DNA from: Octopus vulgaris
Taxonomy: Eukaryota
NCBI GenBank assembly: GCA_951406725.2
Contig: OX597817.1
Span: forward strand, 15,128,001 to 15,192,000
Length of the DNA stretch: 64,000 nt
Direction: 5' to 3'
In this document: one piece after another, positions 1-39,563 of the stretch
Position numbering within the stretch: position 1 is the first letter of the stretch
Layout: every line of letters begins with the position of its first letter
Program-made: the position numbers and the translations under genes
The notes under the pieces: generated by a model
The model's database searches: none
Told to the model about the DNA's origin: nothing
The model's input: only the letters and a program-made list of their open reading frames with translations

Positions 1-2540
1 TCGTAACCGACGGAGTGCTTCCATCCTTTGTAGTGTGTTTCCAAACAGTTTTTGGTGGATTAATGAGGTCATTGAAGCTGCTGTTATTTTCGTGTACAAG
101 TTTGTTGTCCTTGTGAAAGGGATTGTGTTCTGGGATGTTATACACATGTTGAGGTTGTAAAAATAGAAAAAAAGGAAAAAATAATTGAGTAAATCATTGT
201 GTGTTGTTAAGTGATCTCCAATGATTGAATGGCTACTTAGGTACAAGTTGAGGTGATGAAGCTGTGAAGACAAGGCAGGAAGTAGATAAGTTGTCTATTT
301 TTGTTATTCTTCAGCTATTTTAGGAAATTCATAACTAGTTTTTAATGAAATAGATCTCAAGCATGACTGATTTTTTTCTTTTTATATTAAAATATACTGT
401 TCTGTTGTGTTCTACTCACCTATCTTATTCATCACAATCATCATTATCATAAATCCATTTTCCATGCTGGCTTTGGTTGGAGGATTTGCCAACATCTGGC
501 AGTCTAAGCCAAGCTCCAGTGTCAGTTTTGGTATGGTTTCTACAGTTGGTTTCCCTTCCTAATGCCAACCACTTTACAAAGTGTACTCTTTTACTTGTTT
601 CAGTCATTTGACTGTGGCCATGCTGGAGCACCGCCTTTAGTCGAGCTAATCGACCCCAGGACTTATTCTTTGTAAGCCCAGTACTTATTCTATCGGTCAC
701 TTTTGCTGAACCGCTAAGTGACGGGGATGTAAACACACCAGCATTGTTGTCAAGTAATGCTATGGGGACAAACATATACACACACACAATTATATATATA
801 TATACATATATACGACAGGCTTCTTTCAGTTTCCGTCTACCAAATCCACTCACAAGGCATTGGTCGGCCTGGGGCTATAGCAAAAGTCACTTGCCCAAGA
901 TGCCACGCAGTGGGACCGAACCCGGAACCATGTGGTTGGTAGACAAGCTACTTACCACACAGCCACTCCTGCGCCTCTACTGAGTGTTTTTTGTTTTTTT
1001 TTTGTACCACCAGCATTAGTGAGGTTGCCAAGTAATTTGCAAGACAAAAAAAGAACAAGGAAAAAGCTTCTGCTACTAAATGATGATTGTTGGGGCAGGT
1101 AGCTTTATGCCAAGTGTTGAAAGGCTAAAATATGATAGACACACAAGAGTAGGTATCTTGCTATAGAGGGGATACATAGCTACCACACACATATAGGAGT
1201 GGGGTAGGAGTAGTTAGGAAGGAGATAAAAATGCTAGCGATGGTGTGTCAGAATAAACTCTCAAGGTATAAGAAGGTGAGCATATGAGAGGATACAGACA
1301 GTGGATCAGGGGAGGGAGAGTGAGTACTCTCAGTGTATTAGAAAATAGTAACATCATCATCATCATCATTGTTCAACCATGGTCGAGACAATGGAATTTA
1401 CCATGCTACGCCAGACTTCACGGTCCATCATGGCATTACGGAAGTCCTGTTGCTGGATGCCTGTATCCCTGGAGATTACATAGTTAGAGATGGGGGAAGA
1501 GGATGTAAGGTGAGAGAAAGAAGTGGCTCAGGAAGGATAGATCAGAAGGTAGAGTGATGATGTGCAAGGTGCAGGAGTGATGAGGAGGGAAATGTAAGGG
1601 TACATAAGGGTGATTATAGTGAGGCTGGTCTCAAGATGATAGCGATTTCCTATGCTTGAGAAGGCCTGTCCACCTCAGCAAAAATTATGTCCTAAATCCT
1701 TCTGGTTATACTTGTGACTCATTCTGCCTCGTCAAGCCTACCTCTAACAACCAACCCTTCATCACTCCTCTGTCTATGGGCAGTATTGGCACATATTACT
1801 CCTCTCCCTGTCTTTGTACCACCTGTTACTTCCTTCCCATTATCTTCCCCATCCACACTTTCAGTGATCTCCTTTCTGTACCTTCAATTATCTCTCGCTT
1901 CTGCCATGTTCCATTTAACACCTCCCATATCTACTTCCATTCTCAGCACCCTCCCATATATGCCATCCACTCACTATCATATTGTAAACTGAAAATCTTC
2001 AAATTGAAAAAATATTTTGTCTTATCTGATTCAATAATTGTATCATATATATAAGGGCTATTTGTGCGTGTCATCATCATCATCGTTTAATGTCTACCTT
2101 CTATGCTGGCATCGGTGGTACGTAAAAAGCACCATCCGATCGTGGCCGTTTGCCAGCCTCATCTGGCACGTAAAAAGCACCCACTACACTCACGGAGTGG
2201 TTTTTGTTAGGAAGGGCATCCAGCTGTAGAAACACTGCCAGATCAGACTGGGCCTGGTGCAGCCTTCTGGCTTCCCAGACCCCAGTTGAACCATCCAACC
2301 CATGCCAGCATGGAAAGCGGACGTTAAACGATGATGATGATATATATATATATATATAAATTTAATGTTTGTATTTTATTGCTTTTGTTGAACTATGAAT
2401 ACCTTTGAACCCATAAGCATTTTGGATAGAAATACTGTTAAAATAAATAGTTTATTCTACTTCACCAAATTTTTATTTTGTGATAGGCAGATCACCAAAT
2501 TGTAAATAGATAGATATGTGTTTTACAAGTACAAACTCGC

Positions 2541-2917
2541 TCATCATCATCATCATCGTTTAGCATCCGCTTTCCATGCTAGCATGGGTTGGACGGTTCG
2601 ACTGGGGTCTGGGAAGCCAGAAGGCTGCACCAGGCCCAGTCTGATCTGGCAGTCTTTCTACAGCTTGATGCCCTTCCTAACGCCAACCACTCCGTGGGTG
2701 TAGTGGGTGCTTTTTACGTGCCACCGGCACAGGTGCCAGACGAGTCTGGCAAACGGCCACGATTGGATGGTGCTTTTTATGTGTAACCGGCACGTGGACC
2801 AGATGAAGCTGGCAACGGCCACGGTTGGATGGTGCTTTTTACATGCCACCGGCATGGAGGCCAGTCAGGCGGCGCTGACTACGGCCACGTTCAGATGGTT
2901 CTCTTACGTGCCACCGG

Positions 2918-2920
<3 letters not shown>
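2541..2920 (-). mobile_element. RTE 3'-UTR-only insertion. Same type at 2113..2341(+), 3313..3868(-), 6511..6745(-), 7075..7601(+), 14639..15017(-), 18272..18460(-), 23800..24021(-), 24232..24855(+), 30018..30175(-), 43530..43710(-), 60705..61221(-)
   Basis: Shared terminus (CAT)n-CGTTTAACGTCCGCTTTCCATGCTAGCATGGGTTGGACG...GGATGCCCTTCCTAACGCCAACCACTCC, matching the 3' end of the RTE LINE at 39564. Confidence 0.9.
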
Positions 2921-2959
<39 letters not shown>

Positions 2960-4332
2960 AAAAGCAAAAGCTGAGTCTACTTACTTTTAATTAGTTACTG
3001 TGGGTTTTATAATTCACCTGTACAGGTACTAAAAGCATGTGAAATTTGATATTTTGTTGGTTTTCAGTGTTGAGCTTGATTCTCCTTATAGAGTAAAAGT
3101 TTCTGCAATAGTCCAGAAGGTGATAATATTTGCTCTGTAGGTCCCTATAATTTAGAAAAAGGCTCAGTTGATAACATACAGAAGTATGTGACTCAATAGT
3201 GGCTAAGGTTGTATAAATTAACTTCAGGTCCAGAATTACTAGAACAAAGTTGTAAATTAACAATGGAGACTATAAGAGATGTTAAACCATGAATGTTTTC
3301 AATTTATATATATCATCATCATCATCATCATCGTTTAACGTCCGTTTCCCGCGCTAGCACGGGTTGGACGGTTCGACCAGGGTCTGGGAAATCAGGGCTG
3401 CACCAGGCTCCAGTCTGATCTGGCAGTGTTTCTACAGCTGGATGCCCTTCCTAACGCCAACCACTCCGCGAGTGTAGTGGGTGCTTTTTACGTGCCACCT
3501 GCACAGGTGCCAGGGGGGTCTGGCATCGGCCACGATCGGTTGGTGCTTTTAACGTGCCACCGGCACAGAAGCCAGTCGAGGCGGCGCTGGCAACGGTCAC
3601 GTTCGGATGGTGCTTTTTATGTGCCACCGACACAGGTATCTCAACTACTATTTCCATTCATATTTGTTTCGATGTTCGTGTACATGCACTTGACTCAACA
3701 GGTCTCCTCAAGCACAGCGAGACATTCCGGGATCCAAGGTACTTTGAATGGGCAGGGGCTATGCGGAACTGGAGCCGGAAGCATCCCGGGTCTTTGTAGT
3801 CACAGCACATCTCCAGAGATCTCGGTCCTTCGCCATTGCCTCAGTGAGGCCCAACGCTCTGAGGTCATATTCTAAATTCACCCAACAAATTTGTAGATGG
3901 AAATAGATGTCATATTGTCCCAGGACTTCTTCAGTTCCAGAATTCATCTGTTTGATATTGTGTTTTTTGACTCAGCTGGAAGTTATCTATATGTGTACAG
4001 TAAATAATATTTTTACCATTATGTATTGCTTAATCAGAATGTAAGTCAGCTGTGAAGGACACTTTAAAAGAAAAAGAAATCATCTAATTTTCTTCTATGT
4101 TCATTTTATTGTCTATATAGATATAGTTTTCAATTACAAGTTTAATTTATTAATTTTCAAGTTATGTTTTCAGATGGAATGAATAGATAAAAATTCAGAG
4201 AGCATTATAGTGTATTGTTGATTCATAACCAAGAAAATAGTTGTATATCTGCATTCTTGGTTCATATACCAACTATTGTGCCTGTTATTTTTCTCCTTTA
4301 CTTAATAAAAATATCAATATTTAATTGTTTAG

Positions 4333-31896
<27,564 letters not shown>

Positions 31897-32881
31897 GCTT
31901 CAATGAGCTTTTAATTATCCTAATGAATTTTGCTGCAAATTACATAACTCTCTGATGACTAGTGAAACTGTGCTTGTATCATCTACTAGGAAGGATGCTA
32001 ACTCTGCAGCGTATAATTGTCAAATGTATCTACTGCTGTGGATAACTCTTCTGCAGATGTTCAAATTTATCTGTTGCTGTGGATGTTGGCAAAGAAAAAA
32101 AAAAAAAGAAAAAAAAGAAAAAAATGGATTATAATATTTTTCTCATCATACTTGCATTAAAAAGGCCCTTTCCCAAAACTAAAAAAAATAAAACCATTAT
32201 TATCAACTTAACTTCCTGTTTTTATTTATACAGAGAAACCTTTCAGCAACAACTAACCACGGATCTTACAACCAAATTTTAAATTATGCTCTCATATTGT
32301 TGACTTTATCTCCAAACTATCAACATAAAATTGCTTGATCCTTAATATTTTCACCACAATCTCGTGCTAATTATCGTACCATTAGTACAGAGATTGTGTA
32401 GAGACAAAAATAGAAGTGGTTTTGTTATTTTAAAAGAAGGAAGCAGTTAACCTGGAGTGCTTTGCAACTTCCTAGTCTGGTCTTTCATAAAAGTTTCTTT
32501 TCTTTTGACTCATTTTTTTCCCTTGACATTTCAATCTTCTGATACCTCAGTGGAGAATGTAACAAATTACACTTCTTTAGGGAATATTTCCGATTAATCT
32601 GCAAAACAACCAAATTCTATTTACTATTTACTTTTTATTCTACAGTTTCATATGTCCATGTAAACTGCAGGGTCATCCTGGCTAGATCACCTTTAAGTTA
32701 TTTCTCTGGACCCCACTCTCTTCTCTGTAAGGAAAATTAAAATGGAACGTCTTTAAATGTGAACTTAATCCCACATCATCCTTAGGACACCATTTTGCTT
32801 GTGATGCTTTATTAAATTTAAAGCTATATAAGCAAAGATAAATGTAATGTAAATTTAAATATAAGCAAACAGGTTTTTCAA

Positions 32882-32903
32882 AATAAATTTATGGAGTAAT
32901 AAA
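32882..32903 (+). terminator. Candidate VPS4 polyadenylation signals (two AATAAA)
   Basis: AATAAA at 32882 and 32898, about 1 kb after the stop, followed by GT/T-rich sequence. Weak evidence in AT-rich DNA. Confidence 0.35.
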
Positions 32904-33111
32904 ATTGTACTCATCAGTCACTTGTGTATGCATTTATATATCAACATTTTTTATTTAATCTTTAATCAGTGTTATGAAAAACATTGTTTTAGTTTTTAAA
33001 ACATTACTGTATTGTATAACAATTATTGTGGTTTTTTACTTAATATATTTTGTCTTTGACAGTTCATTTTGTTAATTAATTAGATTAGCTTGCACTAAAG
33101 TAGTCACTTTA

Positions 33112-33506
33112 TCTTTATATATATAAAAGTGAGGTTGTGTGCTGTCTGTCTCCTACGATTTAGATTCCTAACTACTCCCACATTTTGCGGTGCAGTTTAA
33201 CCAAAAGCGGGTATCTTATAGTCGTGATTCATATCGAGCCCTTCTGGGTATTAGCGCGCGTCTACGATGAGTCTACGATTTAAAAAAAAATTTACCATCA
33301 ATTTTTCCCATTTTTAATGCATTTTTGGCATATATAAGGGAAGTAACTCTCTAAAAATTTATTAAATCTCAGAACGTAAAAAGCTACAGTAACACCCCCC
33401 CTTTGTGGTTAGCCATATTGAGATGGCTATTATACTTTACATCTCTAAAAATGCTTATATAGTTATTTCCCTTACAAACCCGAGCAACGCCGGGCGATAC
33501 TGCTAG
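33112..33506 (+). mobile_element. Non-autonomous Helitron
   Basis: A^TC 5' end, subterminal hairpin CCCG-AGCAACGC-CGGG, CTAG^T 3' end, no TSD. Confidence 0.85.
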
Positions 33507-33732
33507 TTTTAGTATAAATTAGACTTCTAAATTTGATAAAATAATTGCATAAAATTATTTACATAGTTCTTTAAATTTTTATAGTTACATTTCTATTGAC
33601 ATGTTTTTTTTTTAATGATCACTTGCTTTCTGTCCAGTTTCCCATGCTGATATGTCTTGGATTTTTGTTATAGCAAATTTTGTCATTTCCATATGTGAGA
33701 GCAGTTGTATAGGAATAGGCATGGCTGTATAG

Positions 33733-34184
33733 TTAACCCTTCAGTGTTCAGATTATTCTATCAAACATAATGCTTATTGATTCCCATTGATTTGAATTAA
33801 CCATGCATTATCTCATATCTTCAAGATCTTGATGGTGTAACTACTTAATGTAGAATAACATTGTAGGGTAGGTGTGAGGGCCTGGATCTGGTCAGTTTGA
33901 ACATAAAACAGATTAAATATTTTGGCCGGATATGGTCGGTTTAACCCTTTATTGTTCAGATTACTCTGCTAAATGTAATACTTTTTTACTCAAATTGTTT
34001 TTAATTAATCCTGCATTATCTTATAGCTTTTGAGGTTTCAGTGATGTGATTGTTTATTTTAAGAATGTCAGTGTAGGTTAGGTGTGAGAGGCTAGATATG
34101 GCCAGTTTGAATATAAAACATGTAGAATATCAGGGCCAGATATGGCCGGTTTAAACACTAAAGGGTTAAATACTAAAGGGTTAA
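33733..34184. mobile_element. Nested pair of family-2 piggyBac MITEs inside a SINE head
   Basis: TTAA at 33733, 33941, 34166 and 34181 with CCCTT/AAGGG ends. Confidence 0.82.
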
Positions 34185-34378
34185 GAAGCTTGTTTCCTAA
34201 CCAAGTAGTCTTGCTTTCAATCCCACTGTATGACACCTTGGACATGTGTCCAAATGTTTGTGAGTGGATTTGGTAGATGGAAGTCGGAAGAAACCTGTTA
34301 CACGTGTGTGTGTGTGTGTCCAACCTGGTCTTGGCATGATGTGGTAGTTGTAAATGAGCATAATTAATGTTTGTTTCT

Positions 34379-34865
34379 CATCATCATCATCATTGTTCGA
34401 CCGTGGTCGAGACAATGGAATTTACCATGCTACGCCAGACTTCACGGTCCATCATGGCATTACGGAGGTCCTGTCGCTGGATGCCTGTATCCCTGGAGAT
34501 TACATCGGGGTAGGAGAGTGTGCGCCCTCTGGTATTGCGAGTAGATGGCTTCCAGAGGAGGAGAGTAGAAATTACTTCTTTTTCAGCTCTACAACAATGT
34601 CCAGCAAACTGGACTCTCTTACCTTTCACAAGAGATGACACAGGTGGTAGTTTCCCATATATTTGCATTTTGGTTGGATGGTGCTTCCACGAGAGATTTT
34701 GAGCTCTCATAAGGAGGCGAGTGTAGGTTCCATCCAACTGCCTCTCAAGCTTCTTTGATAACGTCCAGGTTTCTGAGCCATATAGTAGAATTAGTTCGAC
34801 TGTGGCTTTGAAGATTTCAAGTTTGAAGTCTCTACTTAGATTTGATGACCAGATCTTATGCATGT
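34379..34865 (-). mobile_element. Second RTE/RTE-X-type LINE 3' fragment with open C-terminal ORF; short copy at 1353..1481
   Basis: ORF 34390..34863 IFKATVELILLYGSETWTL...QFAGHC; GAT-repeat tail directly after the stop. Confidence 0.85.
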
Positions 34866-35175
34866 CATTTGTTTGTTTCTAGTCTTCCATGGCTGGTTGT
34901 TGGGAAATATTACCTTGCCTGGAAGCATGACAGTTGGTGACAGGAAGGGCATCCAGCTGTAGAAAATCTCACTCAACAAATTCTACCTGAACCATACAAG
35001 CAAGGAAAGTTAAATGATGATGATGCTGTCTCTCCTGTTATCTACTGAAACATAAAGTGAATTTGAAGCCTGTGACAACCCAAGCAAACTGAGGGAGCAG
35101 AATAGTGTGTTACTCAGAGTATCACTATGACAGTAAGGTTTGAACTGATGACCACTTGGTCAGTATTGTAGTACA

Positions 35176-35406
35176 GGTGGTGAGATGGCAGAAACGTTAG
35201 CATGCTGGGCGAAATGCTTTGCGGTATTTCGTCTGCCACTGTGTTCTGAGTTCAAATTCCGCCGAGGTCGACTTTGCCTTTCATCCTTTCGGGGTCAATA
35301 AATTAAGTACCAGTTACGCTCAGGGATCGATGCAATCGACTTAATACCTATGTCTGTCCTTGTTTGTCCCCTCTGTGTTTAGCCCCTTGTGGGTAATAAA
35401 GAAATA
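35176..35406 (+). mobile_element. SINE family C (about 230 bp). Other copies: 37849..38265(+, body duplicated), about 43712..43922(-), 59295..59526(-), 61528..61752(-)
   Basis: B box GAGTTCAAATTCC; central GACTTTGCCTTTCATCCTTTCGGGGTCGATAAATTAAGTACC (Nin/Deu-domain-like, from memory); TSDs AGTATTGTAGTAC (35162/35407) and 19-bp ATTCTAGCAGAGCTATACC (61509/61753). Confidence 0.88.
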
Positions 35407-38400
35407 AGTATTGTAGTACCTTAACTTACTGGATTATTGCTTCATAATGAAGGAATGTTCAGTATAGCATCAAAATGTATTTATTATTTTTTGTCACATA
35501 ATTTATTAGCTTTGTTATAGAAAAAAATTTTTTATTTAGATTCCTGATACTCTTTTACTCTTTTACTTGTTTCAGTCATTTGTCTGTGGCCATGCTGGAG
35601 CACCACCTTTAGTCGAGCAAATTGACCCCAGGACTTATTCTTTGTAAGTCTAGTACTTATTCTATTGGTATCTTTTGCCGAACCGCTAAGTTACGTGGAC
35701 GTAAACACACCACCATTGGTTGTCAAGCAATGTTGGGTGGGGACAAACACAGACATACAAACCTATACACACATGTATATATATATATACATGTATATGA
35801 CAGGCTTCTTTCAGTTTCCATCTATCAAATCCACTTACAAGGCTTTGGCGGCTCGAGGCTATAGCAGAAGACATTTGCCCAAGATGCCACGCAGTGGGAC
35901 TGAACCCGGAACCATGTGGTTGGTAAGCAAGCTATTTACCACACAGCCACTCCTCTCTTCTGAACTTTGATATGCTCACAGTTCAGTTAAATCTTACCTA
36001 TTCAACACTTTTGGGACCAAATTTCTAATGCTGTACTGTATGTACTATAGATTTAAATACTTCACCCTGTCTTTGTAATCAGAAACAGAAGGATCAGTTG
36101 GAATTCTTCAAAATCCTGTGTTGGGATTTCATCAGGGTTTGAGTAACCTTTCTAACTGTCCATGGAGATACTGCTTGTAAACCATTATTAAGGGATCAAG
36201 TAAATTGGATTGACACTGATAATTTGATATTTCTGGTGAAATAATCTGCCTGTTTCTTTAATTTTGAAAATAATTAAAAACTTGGATAATTTTATTAAAA
36301 TAACTTTGTGTTATTAGGTTTATTGAAGGAAAAACCTAGAAGGAAATGTAATTAAGGTTGGGGTGGCAGTGAAAAGAAAATAAATATATCAAAACTTCCA
36401 TGCTTTCTGAGATTCGCCAACACTACACCTGATTTTCTCCCCTCCATACACACACAGGCATGTATCTGACTCATACATTGTTCGCTTTCCAGACATTTGT
36501 ACATTACTGCATGTACTTTATATGCACTTTCTGACAAGTTGTGGTGCACCTGAGCACTGTATACAATAATTTCATTATATTATTATATAGAGGGTGATGG
36601 AAAATAAGCTTTGGTCTATGTCAGAGATTTTTGTTGAACTACTTGTAAAGTGGAAAATCCAAGTTCTTGAACAAAGTCTTTCTTCAGGGAAAGGCAGCAG
36701 ATTGGCAGAAAGCTTCTAAAGCAGAACAGGTGGAGCTCTGTGAGGAACTGAAGCTTGGATTGATGATTAATTAATAAGGGAAAGGATTGAAAAAAGGGCA
36801 AAACATTTTGATATTTTTTATGAGAACATATATTATGCTGTTTAGAATATTAAAAAAATTTTTGTAGAAATTTCTGAAACTTAAAGAAAGAAATAAGGGA
36901 AAAGTGTTCTCTGTAAATTGGGTGTTGGGAAGGGCATCCAGCTGTTGAAACCAAACCAAAAATAAAATACAAGATGTAGTCTTCTGATATATTTTGGTGA
37001 GTAGAACCTCTGAATAGGGACTGACTATAAATGGCAACCTGTCCACTCCAAGCCAGCAGGGAAAGCAGACATAAAATGAGGATGATGGTATATTATTTTT
37101 GTATTTGTGTGTGCATGGAACGTGTTGGCTTTTCATGGCCCTACATGTACGTAAAATGGACAAAATATGCTATTTTTATCAGTGGATAAATTCACTAGAG
37201 AAATATATGAGTAAGTGACTACAATAAAGCTAATGACAAAGGCCAGTCTTTATAGAGACTCGTCATTATTTCAACATTTACTTGTCCATGCTTGGGTGGG
37301 GGAGATGAGAGTATGTTGGGGCAGAGTTTCCTTATGGCTGGATACTCTTCTACGCTTGTCTCTAAGCAACAAACAGCCTGCTCATTTTTATACAGAGGAC
37401 TGTAAACAAACTACACTATGAACGAGCCTTTTGTTCAGAAAGTACGGACATACTTTTGCAGCAGACTGCAAGCAAATAACACCATCATTGAGGTTATTGT
37501 TCACAATCAGTGAATACATGTGAAGATGAGAGAAGTATGAGCTCATACATACACAATGGGCTTCTTCCAATTTATGCCAACCAAATTCACATAACTTGGG
37601 GCTGTGGTAGATGACACTGAACATGAAAAGCACATGGTTGGGACTCAAACTTCTTCACCACACAGCCATAACTGTACTTCTATTAGCATTAATATATATC
37701 TACTTAAAACTTGGATTAACTGGATGTCTAGCAGTCTCTTCTGATTTCTATTTTGTGTTGCAGAACTTCATGAGTCTAAAATACTGTTTATATGTTATTG
37801 TTCTTCCTGTCGAGTTTTTAGAGAGGTGGATATTTTGGTGTATTGATTGGCGGCGAGCTGGCAGAAATGTTAGCACACCGGGCGAAATGCATACCTGTAT
37901 TTCATCTGCCGTTACGTTCTGAGTTCGAATTCCGCCGAGGTCGACTTTGCCTTTCATCCTTTCGCGGTCGATAAATTAAGTACCGGTTACGCACTGGTGT
38001 CAATGTAATCGGCTTAATACCTATGTCTGTCCTTGTTTGTCCCCTCTGTGTTTAGCCCCTTGTGGGTAATAAAGAAATAGGTATTTCGTCTGTCGTTACG
38101 TTCTGAGTTCAAATTCCGCCGAGGTCGACTTTGCCTTTCATCCTTTCAAGGTCGGTAAATTAAGTACCAGTTACGCACTGGGGTCAATGTAATCAACTTA
38201 ATACCTATGTCTGTCCTTGTTTGTCCCCTCTGTGTTTAGCCCCTTGTGGGTAATAAAGAAATAGGTATATTGCTAGTTAATAGGTATGTATAAAAGATGG
38301 TTTGTGATGACAAAGGGAGAGAATGTGGATCTCTATTGGTTCTGGAGATAACAAGAGAGAAGGTGTTTGCTTGGTAAAGAAGCATTGTATAGGCTGAACT

Positions 38401-39563
38401 GATTTGTGGCACTGAACCTTCTTATAGTCTTTAGGTTTTACAATGATTAAAAAATCAACAGAGTTATAGGTAGGTTATTGGGCAACCGTGGAGGCGCAAT
38501 GGCCCAGTGGTTAGGGCAGCGGACTTGCGGTCGTAGGATCGCGGCTTCGATTCCCAGACCGGGCATTGTGAGTGTTTATTGAGCGAAAACACCTAAAGCT
38601 CCATGAGGCTCCGGCAGGGGATGGTGGTGATCCCTGCTGTACTCTTTCACCACAACTTTCTCTCACTCTTACTTCCTGTTTCTGTTGTACCTGTATTTCA
38701 AAGGGCCGGCCTTGTCACTCTCTGTGTCACGCTGAATATCCCCGAGAACTACGTTAAGGGTGCACGTGTCTGTGGAGTGCTCAGCCACTTACACGTTAAT
38801 TTCATGAGGAGGCTGTTCCGTTGATCGGATCAACCGGAACCCTCGTTGCCGTAACTGACGGAGTGCTTCCATTGGGCAACCAGTTAAGGAATTGTTGATT
38901 CATATCCTGTCATGTGTGATGTGGTATGCCCATGGCTAAGATTCCAATCATGGCCCTCACCATGTATTGCAAAATGGCACTATTCACTCGTATAAGCAGT
39001 AGCTCTGAAAATAGTGTGTTTCCTTAGAAAAGTTACTTTTGATGATAGACTGGTGTACTATCCTGGAGGAGATATGTATGTTCACTTAATGCGACAGGGT
39101 CTGCAGATCTAGTAAACCACTAAGGTCTATAAAAGAATTAACATTAATAAAACTAGAAGTCAACCATAAATATCTGAGTTATGATTAAATAAATTAATGA
39201 GCTGGACAAATTTAAGTGGCTTGCTCTGTATTGGCCATAGCTGACTTATAAAGTGAAATATTCTTATCCTTGGATAATAAGAGTTATGGGCTTAGTCTTT
39301 GTTTATGCAACTCGGTAGCTGGGATGGTGAGACTTAGACCACCAGCAGTTTTGTAGGAGGAACAGTTGTAGATCTGTATAGAATCCTTATAACTTGGAAA
39401 AAATTTAAATAAACAAAAAGATATGGATTAAAAAAGAGCCATTAAACTTTCTTTTGTATAAGTTTCTCATGAACACTTTAGCCAGATAGAAAACTGGATT
39501 AAAAAAATTGTCTTCTACATGAGAAGATTACTATTAATAATTGTTTTAATGAAATTATATATA

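Noticed and set aside
2700-2920. CRISPR-like repeat-spacer array with palindromic repeats
   Set aside because: Eukaryotic context, no cas genes, spacers are related to each other, and the array is the 3' UTR of an RTE LINE.
425-3947. Numerous 60-150 aa ORFs recurring through the window (e.g. MFLQLDALPNANHS, MFIERKHLK, RQASFSFRLPNPLTR)
   Set aside because: Translations of multi-copy SINE or RTE-UTR sequence, not genes.
1-4332. VPS4 first exon and promoter
   Set aside because: No convincing short ATG exon with a phase-0 donor was found; probably upstream of the window.
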